Assembly: GCA_965228475.1 (NCBI GenBank)
Contig: OZ245817.1
Coordinates: 4,576,001 to 4,640,000, forward strand
From: Myxococcota bacterium
Lineage (GTDB): Bacteria > Myxococcota_A > UBA9160 > JAFDDA01
Length of the DNA: 64,000 nucleotides
Reading direction: 5' to 3'
Shown here: piece by piece, positions 1-11,337 of the stretch
How positions within the stretch are numbered: the stretch's first letter is position 1
Layout of the letters: each line of letters begins with the position of its first letter
Notes under the pieces: generated by a model
Databases searched by the model: none
Told to the model about the DNA's origin: nothing
The model's input: only the letters and a program-made list of their open reading frames with translations
Translations under genes and position numbers: made by a program

Positions 1-1
1 G

Positions 2-853
2 TTCGACACGATGGTGAGTGCGCAGCTCCTCGGCTACCCGTCGGTGGGCCTCGCCGCCATCGCCGAGCGACACTTCGACGTGTCGCTCCCGAAGGACGAG
101 CAGCGTTCGGACTGGTCCGTGCGTCCGCTGACCGACAGCCAGCTCTCCTACGCCGCTTCGGACGTCGAGTACCTGATCCGCCTCGCCGACAAGCTCGAGC
201 GCGAGCTTCGCAAGGCGAAGCGCCTGAACTGGGCGCAGGAGGAATTCGCGGCCCTGACGCGGCGGGCGTGGCCCGCACGCGAGTTCGACAAGCTCGGCTA
301 CCTGAAGATCAAGGGCGCACGCGGGCTCGACCCCCAGAGCATGGCCGTGCTGCGCGAGCTCTACCTCCTGCGGGACGCCCGCGCGCGCAAGCTCGACCGC
401 CCGCCCTTCAAGGTGCTCGGCAACCGCGCGCTGCTCGAGATCGCCCAGCGGCAGCCGGAAGGCGAGGAAGAGCTCGGCCGCATCAAGGGCGTGACGGATC
501 TGATCCTTCGCCGCATGGGGCGCGACCTGGTCGCGGCGGTGGCCAAGGGCGCCAAGAAGACCCACGGCCCGATCCCGAAGACGGCCGGCGGCTCGCGGCG
601 CCGCATGGACCGGCGCACCGAGCGCCGGCTCGCGGTGCTGAAGAAGTGGCGCGGCGAGAAGGCGACCGCGATGGCCATGGACCCGGGCGTCTTCGCGCCG
701 AACTCCGCGCTCGAGGCGATCGCCTGGAAGAACCCGGACGCCGTGGAGGAGTTGACCGAGCTCCCGGAGCTCAAGGGCTGGTTCGTGCGGGATTTCGGCG
801 CCGAGGTCGTGGCGGCGCTCCATGCGGGCTCGAAGACGGAAGAGTCGAGCTAG
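2..853 (+). CDS. rnd: Ribonuclease D (DEDDy 3'-5' exonuclease + HRDC domains), 5' end outside window
   Basis: FDTM..AQLLG, QRSDWSVRPLTDSQLSYAASDV exonuclease motif, RDARARKLDRPPFKVL HRDC motif, second HRDC-like C-terminal domain. Confidence 0.9.
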   Translation, partial: FDTMVSAQLLGYPSVGLAAIAERHFDVSLPKDEQRSDWSVRPLTDSQLSYAASDVEYLIRLADKLERELRKAKRLNWAQEEFAALTRRAWPAREFDKLGYLKIKGARGLDPQSMAVLRELYLLRDARARKLDRPPFKVLGNRALLEIAQRQPEGEEELGRIKGVTDLILRRMGRDLVAAVAKGAKKTHGPIPKTAGGSRRRMDRRTERRLAVLKKWRGEKATAMAMDPGVFAPNSALEAIAWKNPDAVEELTELPELKGWFVRDFGAEVVAALHAGSKTEESS

Positions 854-906
854 CCGCCGCCCCCGCGAAGGGGTCGCCAGAGGCTGGAAGTGGCCGGGGG
901 GCCTGG

Positions 907-942
907 AAAAACGATGCCCCCCGGAGTACGTCTCCGGGGGGC
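907..942 (-). terminator. Intrinsic terminator (11-bp GC stem; U-tract on the minus strand)
   Basis: gccccccggag (916-926) / ctccggggggc (932-942); A5 at 907-911 reads as U5 3' of the hairpin on the minus strand. Confidence 0.75.
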
Positions 943-1095
943 GATGCGATTCGGTGCGCTGAAAGCCTCGAGAAGGCGGGGTGCCGTTCTGGGGGAAGGC
1001 GCCTATGTGTCTGGTCTCGAAACCTCCAGCGCGGGGATCAACCGATGAGCGCGCCCTCGTCATCAACCGATCCCATGCCGTATCGCACTCGAATC
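907..1095 (-). ncRNA. Candidate sigma54-dependent small RNA (~190 nt)
   Basis: -24/-12 promoter upstream, terminator downstream, closing stem 1084-1095/948-958, internal hairpin 1034-1074 with G-U pairs only on the minus strand, no credible ORF. Confidence 0.55.
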
Positions 1096-1103
1096 GGTAC
1101 TAG

Positions 1104-1120
1104 AGCAGGCTTCGTGCCAA
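1104..1120 (-). promoter_or_regulatory. sigma54 (-24/-12) promoter
   Basis: Minus strand TTGGCACGAAGCCTGCT: GG at 1118-1117 and GC at 1106-1105 with the required 10-nt spacing. Confidence 0.7.
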
Positions 1121-1284
1121 CTCGCACCAAACCGGCAAGTCGCCGCATTCGTTGGCCTTTCCGAGATTCTGGGGGTTCAGGGAGGCGCCGCCTGGGGTGG
1201 CAGCCTGCCGGGCCCCTGAGGCCGTCTCCAGCGCTTGTGGAGCTTTCTCAACGATTCCGGGGCGTTGGCTGGGGGCCTCCGCGG

Positions 1285-2466
1285 GTGGCCCTGCCGCCGA
1301 AGGGTGCACCCTGGCTGGCTCTGATGCTCTTCCTCGTGGCCGTTCCCGCCGAGGCGAGCTGGGTCGTCCAGCGGGGCGAGCCGCCGAGTTCACAGGAGCG
1401 GTATTGCGCCTGGTTCGCGGCCCCGGCCGGCGACGTCCTCTACTTCGGGGAGGCCGCCTTCTGGACGGCCTTCCGCTCCCAGGGCAAGGACCCGCGCGGC
1501 GACCTCCGGGCGAGCGGCCCACAACGCATCGGCCGGCTCGGGCTCGCCGACGAAGCGCTGCTCGATCCGATCGACGTGACCCAGCCCGGCGCCCGCTCGG
1601 GCATCTGGGACGTGCTTCCCCACCCGAACGGCCGCGTCTACTTCACGACCTTCTTCGAGGAGTCCGGCTGGGCCGACCCGGCGACCGGCGCCCACGAGCG
1701 CATGCCCGCCGTCGGCCTCGGGCTCTCGGAGCTCGCGCTCGCCTCCGACGGGGATCTCGTCGCCGCCCGGTACGGACGGCCGGGAAAGACCGACGGGAGC
1801 CTCGTGCGGTTCTCACCGGAGGGCGAGCTCCTCGCGGAGTGGCCCATGAAGCCGACCCGCGGGTTCCGCGTCGCGCCGAAGAGCGTGGCGTACGACCCCG
1901 TTCGCAAGGAGACCTGGGCGCTGACGGATCTGCTCCCGGAGGCGGGGGACGGCGTCATCTCCCATGACGCGCGCATCCATGACGCAAAGGGGCGCGAGCG
2001 GCTCCGCATCACGGACCCGGAGATCCAGTTCGCCGTCTTCACGCCGGAGGGCACGGGCTACCTGGCCGAAGTCGAGGGCTCCTCTCTCTACCTGAGAATT
2101 CTGGCCCCGGGCGATGCGGCCCGGCCGACCCGCCGAGGCGAGCGGCTCCTGCTCGATGCCGGCTTCCCTTCGGGCTTCGACTTCCTCCAGGACCTCCACG
2201 TCGCGGCCGACGGGCGCCTGGTCGCGACGCGCTGGAGCGGCTGGGTCCACGTCGTGCACCCGGACCGGCGCGTCGAGACGATCCGCATGCCCCGGCTCGA
2301 CGACGAGGGCCTCTACTACTCGGCCGTGGTCCGGGAGGACCGCGTCTGCGCGACCTACTGCTCGGAGGTGACGGTCGTTTGTCGCGCAGCCGACAGTTTC
2401 GACGCCGCGCCCGAGGGCCCGGCCCAGCCGGAGGCCAAAGCCCCGCCGGAGAAGCCGGCGGAATGA
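1285..2466 (+). CDS. Secreted beta-propeller (NHL/SMP-30-like) protein; start uncertain (GTG 1285 or ATG 1324)
   Basis: Signal peptide LALMLFLVAVPAEA; repeated blade-like motifs (HPNGRVYFT, SDGDLV, SPEGEL, TPEGTGY, ADGRLV); coding-like GC3. Confidence 0.65.
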   Translation: MALPPKGAPWLALMLFLVAVPAEASWVVQRGEPPSSQERYCAWFAAPAGDVLYFGEAAFWTAFRSQGKDPRGDLRASGPQRIGRLGLADEALLDPIDVTQPGARSGIWDVLPHPNGRVYFTTFFEESGWADPATGAHERMPAVGLGLSELALASDGDLVAARYGRPGKTDGSLVRFSPEGELLAEWPMKPTRGFRVAPKSVAYDPVRKETWALTDLLPEAGDGVISHDARIHDAKGRERLRITDPEIQFAVFTPEGTGYLAEVEGSSLYLRILAPGDAARPTRRGERLLLDAGFPSGFDFLQDLHVAADGRLVATRWSGWVHVVHPDRRVETIRMPRLDDEGLYYSAVVREDRVCATYCSEVTVVCRAADSFDAAPEGPAQPEAKAPPEKPAE

Positions 2467-2514
2467 GCGCCCGCACGCGCCAACTCCCCGAGAAATCGGT
2501 GTAAAGTCTCGGCC

Positions 2515-3813
2515 GTGTACGAAGCACGGCGAAAGCGGGTGCTCGCGGCGATGGGGGAGGGCGCCGTCGCGCTCTTCCTGGGCGCGCGTCCGGCCGTCCG
2601 CTCGGCCGACACCCACTACCCCTTCCGCCAGGACAGCGACTTCCACTACCTGACCGGCTTCGACCACCCGAACGCCGCCGCCGTGCTGCGCTCGGGCACC
2701 GGCTCCGAGCCCGCGGAGTACGTGCTCTTCGTCGAGCCGCGCGACCCGGCCATGGAGACCTGGAACGGCTACCGGCCCGGGGTCGAAGGCGCCGTCAGCG
2801 ACTTCGGCGCCGACGCCGCCCACCCGATCGACGAGCTGCTCGAACGGCTGCCGGAGCTGCTGAAGAACGCGAACCGCGTCTTCCACATGCTCGGCCGCGA
2901 CGCGGCCGTCGACGCCCGCATCACCTCGAGCATCGACGAGATGCGCCTGCGCTCGCGGACCGGCGTCGTCCCGCCCGGCGAGTTCGTGGACCCCCGCGTC
3001 ATCGTGCACGAGATGCGCCTCTTCAAGGAGCCCGCCGAGCTCGACGTGATGCGCCGCGCGGCGGCGATCACCGCCGAGGCCCACCAGGCCGGAGCGCGGC
3101 TGATTCGCGACGGGAACTACGAGTACGAAGTCGAGGCGGCCATCGACGGCACGTTTCGGCGGCGCGGCGCCGCGGGGCCGGCCTACGAGTCCATCGTCGG
3201 CGGCGGGCGCAACGCCACCGTGCTCCACTACGTGAGCAACGCCTCGAAGCTCTCCCAGGGCGAGCTGGTGGTGGTCGACGCGGGCTGCGAGCTCGAAGGC
3301 TACGCCTCGGACGTCACGCGCACGTACCCGGTGGGCGCACGCTACGAGGGCCCGGCCCGGGCGCTCTACGAAGTCGTGCTCGCGGCCCAGGAAGCCTCGC
3401 TCGCGGCGTCGAAGCCCGGCGCCACCCTCGAGGCCGTGCACACGGCCTCGGTCCGCGCGCTCGTCGACGGGCTCGTCGAGCTCGGCATTCTCTCGGGCGC
3501 GCGCGACGGGCTGATCGAGAAGCAGGCCTACGCGCCCTACTACATGCACCGCACGAGCCACTGGCTCGGCCTCGACGTGCACGACGTCGGAAGCTACGCG
3601 GTCGAGGGCAAGCCGCGCGTGCTCGAACCGGGCATGGCATACACCGTCGAGCCGGGCCTCTACGTCGCGCCCGACTCCGAGGCCGACGAGCGCTTCCGCG
3701 GCATCGGCGTCCGCATCGAAGACGACGTCGTGATCACCGAAGACGGCCACGAGAACCTGACCGCGCAGATCCCGAAGCGTCCGGGCGACGTCGAAGCCTG
3801 GATGAGCGACTGA
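2515..3813 (+). CDS. pepP: Xaa-Pro aminopeptidase (M24B)
   Basis: [58 protein letters not shown]. Confidence 0.95.
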   Translation: MYEARRKRVLAAMGEGAVALFLGARPAVRSADTHYPFRQDSDFHYLTGFDHPNAAAVLRSGTGSEPAEYVLFVEPRDPAMETWNGYRPGVEGAVSDFGADAAHPIDELLERLPELLKNANRVFHMLGRDAAVDARITSSIDEMRLRSRTGVVPPGEFVDPRVIVHEMRLFKEPAELDVMRRAAAITAEAHQAGARLIRDGNYEYEVEAAIDGTFRRRGAAGPAYESIVGGGRNATVLHYVSNASKLSQGELVVVDAGCELEGYASDVTRTYPVGARYEGPARALYEVVLAAQEASLAASKPGATLEAVHTASVRALVDGLVELGILSGARDGLIEKQAYAPYYMHRTSHWLGLDVHDVGSYAVEGKPRVLEPGMAYTVEPGLYVAPDSEADERFRGIGVRIEDDVVITEDGHENLTAQIPKRPGDVEAWMSD

Positions 3814-3860
3814 GCGCAGGCCGCCTCCACCCCCAACGCAAACCTGGAGCCCCCCGAACG

Positions 3861-5810
<1,950 letters not shown>

Positions 5811-5814
5811 GCCG

Positions 5815-7515
5815 GTGGGGTCCGCAGGCCCGGAAGCGGCGAACGACCTCCCGCCCTACGAAGCGGAGCGCTTCCGCGAGGCACCGTTCCCCGAACGCGT
5901 GCGGCTCGTGTGCCGCACCTGGGCCTCCCAGATCGAAGCGACGCCCTTCGCGGTGATCGTCTCCTACTGGCTGAAGTACCTGATCTTCTTCGTCGGGGGC
6001 TGGGCGTTCTTCGTCGCCTGGCCGGCGGGCGCCGAGTTCGGCTGGAAGAGCGCGTTCTCGCCGCTCGGCTTCCAGAAGTTCCTGCTCTGGGCGGTCCTCT
6101 ACGAAAGCATCGGCCTCGGGTGCTCCATGGGCCCGATGAACGGCAGGATCTGGCCGCCCATCGGCGGCGTGCTCTACTTCCTCCGCCCGGGAACGACGAA
6201 GCTCGCGCTCTTCCCGAAGCTCCCGCTGCTCGGCGGCATCCGCCGCGGCTGGCTCGACGTCGCCCTGTTCGCGGCCTTCGTGGGCTTCCTGTTGCGCGCC
6301 CTCGTCGCGCCGGAGCTCTCTGCCGCGGACTACTGGCCGATCATCGGCCTGCTCGTCGTCTTCGCCGTCACGGACAAGACGATCTTCCTGGCCGCACGCT
6401 CGGAGCACTACTGGGTGGCCATGGTCTGCATCGCCGCCGTGAGCACCCAGGAGCAGTGGCTCGCGGCCTGCCAGGTGGTCTGGTGCGGCATCTGGTTCTG
6501 GGCCGCCACCTCGAAGGTCAACGACCACTTCCCCTCCGTCATCCAGGTGATGATGAACAACGGGCCCTTCGTCCCGAAGTGGTTCAAGCGGCGGCTCTTC
6601 GTCGACTACCCGGACGACCTGCGGCCCTCGCGGCTCGCCGCGGTGATGTCGCGCATCGGGACCCTGACCGAGTACTCGATCCCGTTCGTCCTGCTGCTCT
6701 CGGGCGAGAGCGCCCTCATGACGGGGATCATGCTCTTCGTGATGACCGGCTTCCACGGCTACATCGCGTCGAACAACCCGAGCGGTATGCCGATCGAGTG
6801 GAACATCTTCATGGTCTACGGCGGGATCTTCCTGTTCGGCTTCCACCCGGACGCGAGCATGGCGTCGCTGCTGGCGCTGCCGTGGCTCTGCGTCTTCCTC
6901 TTCTTCTGGGTCTTCGCGATCCAGTGCTTCGGGAACTTCTTCCCGCGGCGGGTCTCGTTCCTGCTGGCCATGCGCTACTACGCGGGCAACTGGGCCTACA
7001 ACATCTGGCTCGTCCGCCGCGATGCCCTCGGCAAGCTCGACCGCCTCACCAAGGCCGCCGGCACGATGCGCCAGCAGCTCGAGCGCGTCCTGCCGGACGA
7101 GGACGCCGTCGAACAGGCTCTCGCGATGTCGATGGCCCACCGCTTCATGCACCTCGAGGGCCGGCCGATGTTCGAAGCGCTGCCCCACGCCGCGCGCGAC
7201 CTCTCCGAGTACGAGTGGATCGACGGCGAGGTGATGGGCGGCCAGGTGATCGGCTGGAACTTCGGCGACGGCCACCTGAACGGCCAGCAGCTGCTCGACG
7301 CCGTGCAGGCCCAGTGCGGCTTCGAGCCCGGTGAAGTGCGCGTGGTGATGGTGGAGTCGCAGCCGCTCTTCGGCCGCTTCATGGAGTGGCGCGTGGCGGA
7401 CGCGGCGAGCGGCGAGGTCGCGCGCGGCAGGACGGCAATTGCACCGATGCGCGAGCTCCAGCCCTGGCCGAGCGGCGCCTACGCCGAGGCCTTCGCCTCG
7501 CCCTCGGCCGACTGA
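5815..7515 (+). CDS. DUF3556-like polytopic membrane protein
   Basis: Multi-TM; motifs YFLRPGTTKL, DKTIFLAARSEHY, MPIEWN, MRYYAGNW, GWNFGDGHL recalled from the actinobacterial DUF3556 family. Confidence 0.75.
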   Translation: MGSAGPEAANDLPPYEAERFREAPFPERVRLVCRTWASQIEATPFAVIVSYWLKYLIFFVGGWAFFVAWPAGAEFGWKSAFSPLGFQKFLLWAVLYESIGLGCSMGPMNGRIWPPIGGVLYFLRPGTTKLALFPKLPLLGGIRRGWLDVALFAAFVGFLLRALVAPELSAADYWPIIGLLVVFAVTDKTIFLAARSEHYWVAMVCIAAVSTQEQWLAACQVVWCGIWFWAATSKVNDHFPSVIQVMMNNGPFVPKWFKRRLFVDYPDDLRPSRLAAVMSRIGTLTEYSIPFVLLLSGESALMTGIMLFVMTGFHGYIASNNPSGMPIEWNIFMVYGGIFLFGFHPDASMASLLALPWLCVFLFFWVFAIQCFGNFFPRRVSFLLAMRYYAGNWAYNIWLVRRDALGKLDRLTKAAGTMRQQLERVLPDEDAVEQALAMSMAHRFMHLEGRPMFEALPHAARDLSEYEWIDGEVMGGQVIGWNFGDGHLNGQQLLDAVQAQCGFEPGEVRVVMVESQPLFGRFMEWRVADAASGEVARGRTAIAPMRELQPWPSGAYAEAFASPSAD

Positions 7516-8450
7516 GACTCGGCGACCACCGCCTGCCAGCGGAACGGCGCGAGCAGGTTCCCCCAGAGCCCCTTCGGGAACTCCGGCAGGTCCTCGATGC
7601 CGATCGCCTCGGGCGGCTCGCGGTCCGCGGGCAGGAAGCGCGTTCCGAAGACGACGTCCCACACGGCCAGGTTCCCGCCGTAGTTGTGGTTCGCCTCCTC
7701 CATCCGGGGCGAGTGATGCCAGCGGTGGAGCTCGGTCATGCTGAAGATCCAGTTCAGCGGGCCCAGGCGGACCGGGACGTTCGCGTGCTGGTAGCTGCCG
7801 TGGATCCCCGAGAAGAGGTTCACCAGCGCCAGCACCGGAGCGCCGGCGCCGAGCAGCGCCAGCGGAACCATCTTCACGCTGCCGACGAGGAAGAGATCGA
7901 TCGGGTGGAAGCGCACGGCGTTCAGCCAGTAGAGCCGCGGCGCGCTGTGGTGGGTCGCGTGGAAGCGCCAGAGCCAGGGCACCTCGTGCATCGCGCGGTG
8001 GAACGAGTACTCGACGAACTCGGCGATCACGAGCGCGAGCGCGAGCTGCGCGAGGATCGGCCAGCCCCCGGGCCAGAGGCCCATGCCGGCGCTCTCGGCG
8101 AGCGCCGCGCCGAGCGCCGTCACCGCCACGAGCAGGGCCGGCGTCAGCACGCCGCCGAAGAGGCTGTTCGCCACGAACAGGCCGACGTCCGTTCGCAGAT
8201 CGCCGCGGGAGTGCAGCCAGCTCCGATGCCAGGGAACGAGCCGCTCGGCGACGGCCAGGCAGAAATAGAACACCACCAGGGGAGGCACGATCGCGAGCGG
8301 CGGATCGACCCCCGCATCGATCAAGGCGATCCCGCCCGCCAGCCCCGCGGCCATGGCGACCGGGAAGCCGAGCATCGCGAAGACCCGTTCGAGCCCCCGG
8401 AGTTCCCGGCGGCCGGACGGCGACCCGGCGAGCCCAGGCCCCGCCGTCAT
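7479..8450 (-). CDS. Sterol desaturase / fatty acid hydroxylase family protein
   Basis: His boxes HRAMH, HATHH, HAN, HRWHH; NYGGNLAVWDVVFGT. Confidence 0.9.
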   Translation of the reverse strand: MTAGPGLAGSPSGRRELRGLERVFAMLGFPVAMAAGLAGGIALIDAGVDPPLAIVPPLVVFYFCLAVAERLVPWHRSWLHSRGDLRTDVGLFVANSLFGGVLTPALLVAVTALGAALAESAGMGLWPGGWPILAQLALALVIAEFVEYSFHRAMHEVPWLWRFHATHHSAPRLYWLNAVRFHPIDLFLVGSVKMVPLALLGAGAPVLALVNLFSGIHGSYQHANVPVRLGPLNWIFSMTELHRWHHSPRMEEANHNYGGNLAVWDVVFGTRFLPADREPPEAIGIEDLPEFPKGLWGNLLAPFRWQAVVAESQSAEGEAKASA

Positions 8451-9079
8451 CAGGCGGCCGGAACCTGGACTTCGAGCGACACCGCGCTCTCGACGCTCGG
8501 CGGGTTGCTGCCGACGCGCCCGCGGTGCCAGGCGCCGCGGTCGTAGTGGAGTTCGAGCGTGTCGCCGAGCTCGAGGGCGTCGCCCTCCTCGGAGGTGCCC
8601 GTGAGCTTCTCCGCGATCGCTCGCGCGACGCCGCGGTGGACCACGACGAGCACCGAGCCCGAGAGTTCGGCCATCAGGCGGTCGACGCCCTCACCGACCC
8701 GTGCCCGGAAGGCCGCCCGGGTCTCGCCGTTCGGGAACTCGAAGCCCGCGGCGCCGTTCTGCCAATCCTCGTAGAGCACGGGGTCCGAGGCCTGGATCTC
8801 CTCGCGGGTCAGGCCCTCCCAGCGGCCGAAGTCGATCTCGCGGAAGGCCGCCTCGAGGCGGACGGGCTCGCCGCGGCCCACGATCTTCGCCGCCTGCCAG
8901 GCGCGGCGCATGGAGCTCGCGACCACGGCGTCGAAGTTGTCCTGGGTGCCGAAGGAGGCGGCGACGGCCCGCATCTGGGCCTCCCCCTCCGCGGAGAGCC
9001 CGACGTCCGTGGCGCCGTGGTAGCGGATGCTGGACTGGCCTTCGGTTTCACCGTGGCGGACGAGGACGATGCGACGCAT
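8450..9079 (-). CDS. Histidine phosphatase (phosphoglycerate mutase family)
   Basis: LVRHGET, REIDFGRWEG, VVVHRG. Confidence 0.9.
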   Translation of the reverse strand: MRRIVLVRHGETEGQSSIRYHGATDVGLSAEGEAQMRAVAASFGTQDNFDAVVASSMRRAWQAAKIVGRGEPVRLEAAFREIDFGRWEGLTREEIQASDPVLYEDWQNGAAGFEFPNGETRAAFRARVGEGVDRLMAELSGSVLVVVHRGVARAIAEKLTGTSEEGDALELGDTLELHYDRGAWHRGRVGSNPPSVESAVSLEVQVPAA

Positions 9080-9271
9080 GGGGTCTCCAGAACGGGGGTT
9101 GGGGCAGCGCAAGACCGCGCGGCCGGGTCTCAATGGGTTGGGCGGGAGAATCGGCGACGCCACCAGGGCCGTCAACCGGGAAGCCACGCCGGCGGCACGG
9201 AGGAGATGCTGCCCGATCGAGATCGTCCGAGGCCATCCCACTGCTAGAATCCGGGCCCGGGGGGAGGGTCC

Positions 9272-10612
9272 GTGACCGCAGCCGCGCGTCTGCTCATCGT
9301 TCTAGGAGTTCTCGTCGTCTGCGCCGGCGGCCTGTCGCTGCTGCGCTGCGAGGGCACGCCGCCCGAGGTCGACGTCGCCGGCCCGCTGCACGTCGGCAAG
9401 GCCTCGCGCGAGGTCGCCTTCACCGCCCGGGACGAAGGCTCGGGCCTGCGCCGGCTCGAGGTCGTGCTCGAGACCGCCGAGGGCGCGCGCCCCCTGCTCG
9501 AAACCGAAGCGCGCGGCGGCTTCCTGCTCGGCACCGCCAAGGACGACCCGGGCCAGTTCACGGTCCTGGTCTCCGGCCAGGGTCTGCGCGACGGCGACGG
9601 CACGCTCGTGGTCCGCGCCACGGACTGGTCCTGGGCGGGCCTGTTCGCCGGCAACACCACGGAGACCCGCGTCCCCGTCTTCATCGACACCCGCGCACCG
9701 CGCATCCGCGTCGAGAGCGGGCTGACCTACATCCAACGCGCCGGAAGCGCGGCCGTCACCTACGCCCTCGACGAAGAAGCCGAGCGCGATGGCGTGACCG
9801 TCGGCGAACATTTCTTCCAGGGCTTCCCGATCGACGACCTGGGCGAGCGGCGGATCGCCATCTTCGCCGTGCCGCGGAACTTCGAAGGAACGCCCCGCAT
9901 CCGCGTGACGGCGACGGACCGCGCCGGCAACGTCTCCGAGCGGAGCTGGGCGACGGAGTTCAAGGACCGGAGCTTCGAAGAAGTCCCGATCCGCCTGCCC
10001 GAGCGCTTCTTCGAGCAGAAGGTTCCGGACCTCGCCAGCGCCCTCGGCATCGACGCGAGCGACACCACGAGCGCCTTCAAGGAGATCAACGAGCGCATCC
10101 GCGCCGAGAACGAGGCGCGCATCTCGCAGGTCACGACAGTCACCTCGGAGCCGCGCCACTTCACCGGCGGCTTCGCGCAGATGAAGAACTCGAAGGTGAC
10201 GAGCCGCTTCGCCGAGCAGAGAAGCTACCGCTGGCAGGGGCAGGAGGTCTCGCGCGCCGTCCACTACGGCTACGACCTCGCGAGCACGCGCAACGCGCCG
10301 GTCGCCGCGACCAACGCCGGGCGGGTGCTGTTCGCGGAGGAACTCGGCATCTACGGCGAGTGCGTGATCGTCGACCACGGGCTCGGCGTGACCTCGCTCT
10401 ACGGCCATCTGGCACGCATCGACGTCTCGGTCGGCGACGTCGTCGAGAAGGGCCAGACCCTCGGCCTCTCGGGCGCGACGGGCATGGCCGGCGGGGACCA
10501 CCTCCACTTCGCGATCCTCGTCGGCGGCGTCTACGTGGACCCGCTCGAGTGGTGGGACGCGAGCTGGGTCCGCAAGCGGGTCGAGTCGCGAATCCTCGGA
10601 ACCGAGCCTTGA
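9272..10612 (+). CDS. M23 family metallopeptidase
   Basis: N-terminal TM; HYGYDLA (HxxxD), LYGHL, HLHF (HxH). Confidence 0.9.
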   Translation: MTAAARLLIVLGVLVVCAGGLSLLRCEGTPPEVDVAGPLHVGKASREVAFTARDEGSGLRRLEVVLETAEGARPLLETEARGGFLLGTAKDDPGQFTVLVSGQGLRDGDGTLVVRATDWSWAGLFAGNTTETRVPVFIDTRAPRIRVESGLTYIQRAGSAAVTYALDEEAERDGVTVGEHFFQGFPIDDLGERRIAIFAVPRNFEGTPRIRVTATDRAGNVSERSWATEFKDRSFEEVPIRLPERFFEQKVPDLASALGIDASDTTSAFKEINERIRAENEARISQVTTVTSEPRHFTGGFAQMKNSKVTSRFAEQRSYRWQGQEVSRAVHYGYDLASTRNAPVAATNAGRVLFAEELGIYGECVIVDHGLGVTSLYGHLARIDVSVGDVVEKGQTLGLSGATGMAGGDHLHFAILVGGVYVDPLEWWDASWVRKRVESRILGTEP

Positions 10613-11337
10613 GCCCGGAGCCGGCCAGCGCCGTCGTGCGGCTCCCGCTGGCCGCGACCCTCTCCGGCCGCCTGCTCCAACGCTACAAGCGCTTCTTCGC
10701 CGATGTCGAACTCGACGACGGCAGGAAGATCACCGCCCACTGCCCGAACCCGGGCAGCATGCTCGGCTGCAACACGCCGGGCTCGGCGGTGCGCTGCTCG
10801 ACCAGCGACAATCCGAAGCGGAAGCTCCCGCACACGCTCGAGATGATCCGGGTCGGGCGTGCCTGGGTCGGGTTGCACGCGAATCTCGCCAACGCCTTCG
10901 CCGCGCGCGTGCTCGAAGCCGGCGCGATCCCGGAGCTCTCGGGGTACGGACAGATCCGCCGCGAGGTGAAGGCCGGGGAGGGTTCCCGGCTCGACTTCCA
11001 CCTCTCGGAGGGTTCGCGCGAGCCCGCGTGGGTCGAGGTGAAGAGCGTGACCCTCGCCGAAGGCCGGGTCGCACGCTTCCCGGATTCGGTCTCCGACCGG
11101 GGGCGCCGCCACGCGGAGACGCTCGCACGCCTCCGCACCGAGGGCAGCCGCGCCGTCCAGCTCTACGTCGTGCAGCGGAGCGATTGCGAGCGCGTCGAGC
11201 CGGCCGACGACATCGACCCGAAGTACGGCGAAGCCCTGCGCGCCGCGGCGCGCGAGGGCGTCGAGGTGCTGGCGGTGCGCGCCCGCGTCGGACCCCGCGG
11301 CATCGTCTACGACGGCCCGCTCCCCGTGGTGCTGTGA
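10609..11337 (+). CDS. sfsA: DNA/RNA nuclease SfsA
   Basis: RYKRFFADV, AHCPNPGSM, SRLDF, VEVKSVTL, FPDSVSDRGRRH; TTGA overlap with upstream stop. Confidence 0.93.
   Translation: MSPEPASAVVRLPLAATLSGRLLQRYKRFFADVELDDGRKITAHCPNPGSMLGCNTPGSAVRCSTSDNPKRKLPHTLEMIRVGRAWVGLHANLANAFAARVLEAGAIPELSGYGQIRREVKAGEGSRLDFHLSEGSREPAWVEVKSVTLAEGRVARFPDSVSDRGRRHAETLARLRTEGSRAVQLYVVQRSDCERVEPADDIDPKYGEALRAAAREGVEVLAVRARVGPRGIVYDGPLPVVL

Noticed and set aside
907..1095. 6S RNA or Pxr identity for the sRNA candidate
   Set aside because: The multi-stem fold is not the 6S rod, and I cannot recognise Pxr sequence identity; left unnamed pending an Rfam search
268..1284. N-terminal ~340 aa of the 732-aa ORF
   Set aside because: Overlaps rnd out of frame and crosses the terminator/sRNA region; the signal peptide indicates a start near 1285-1324
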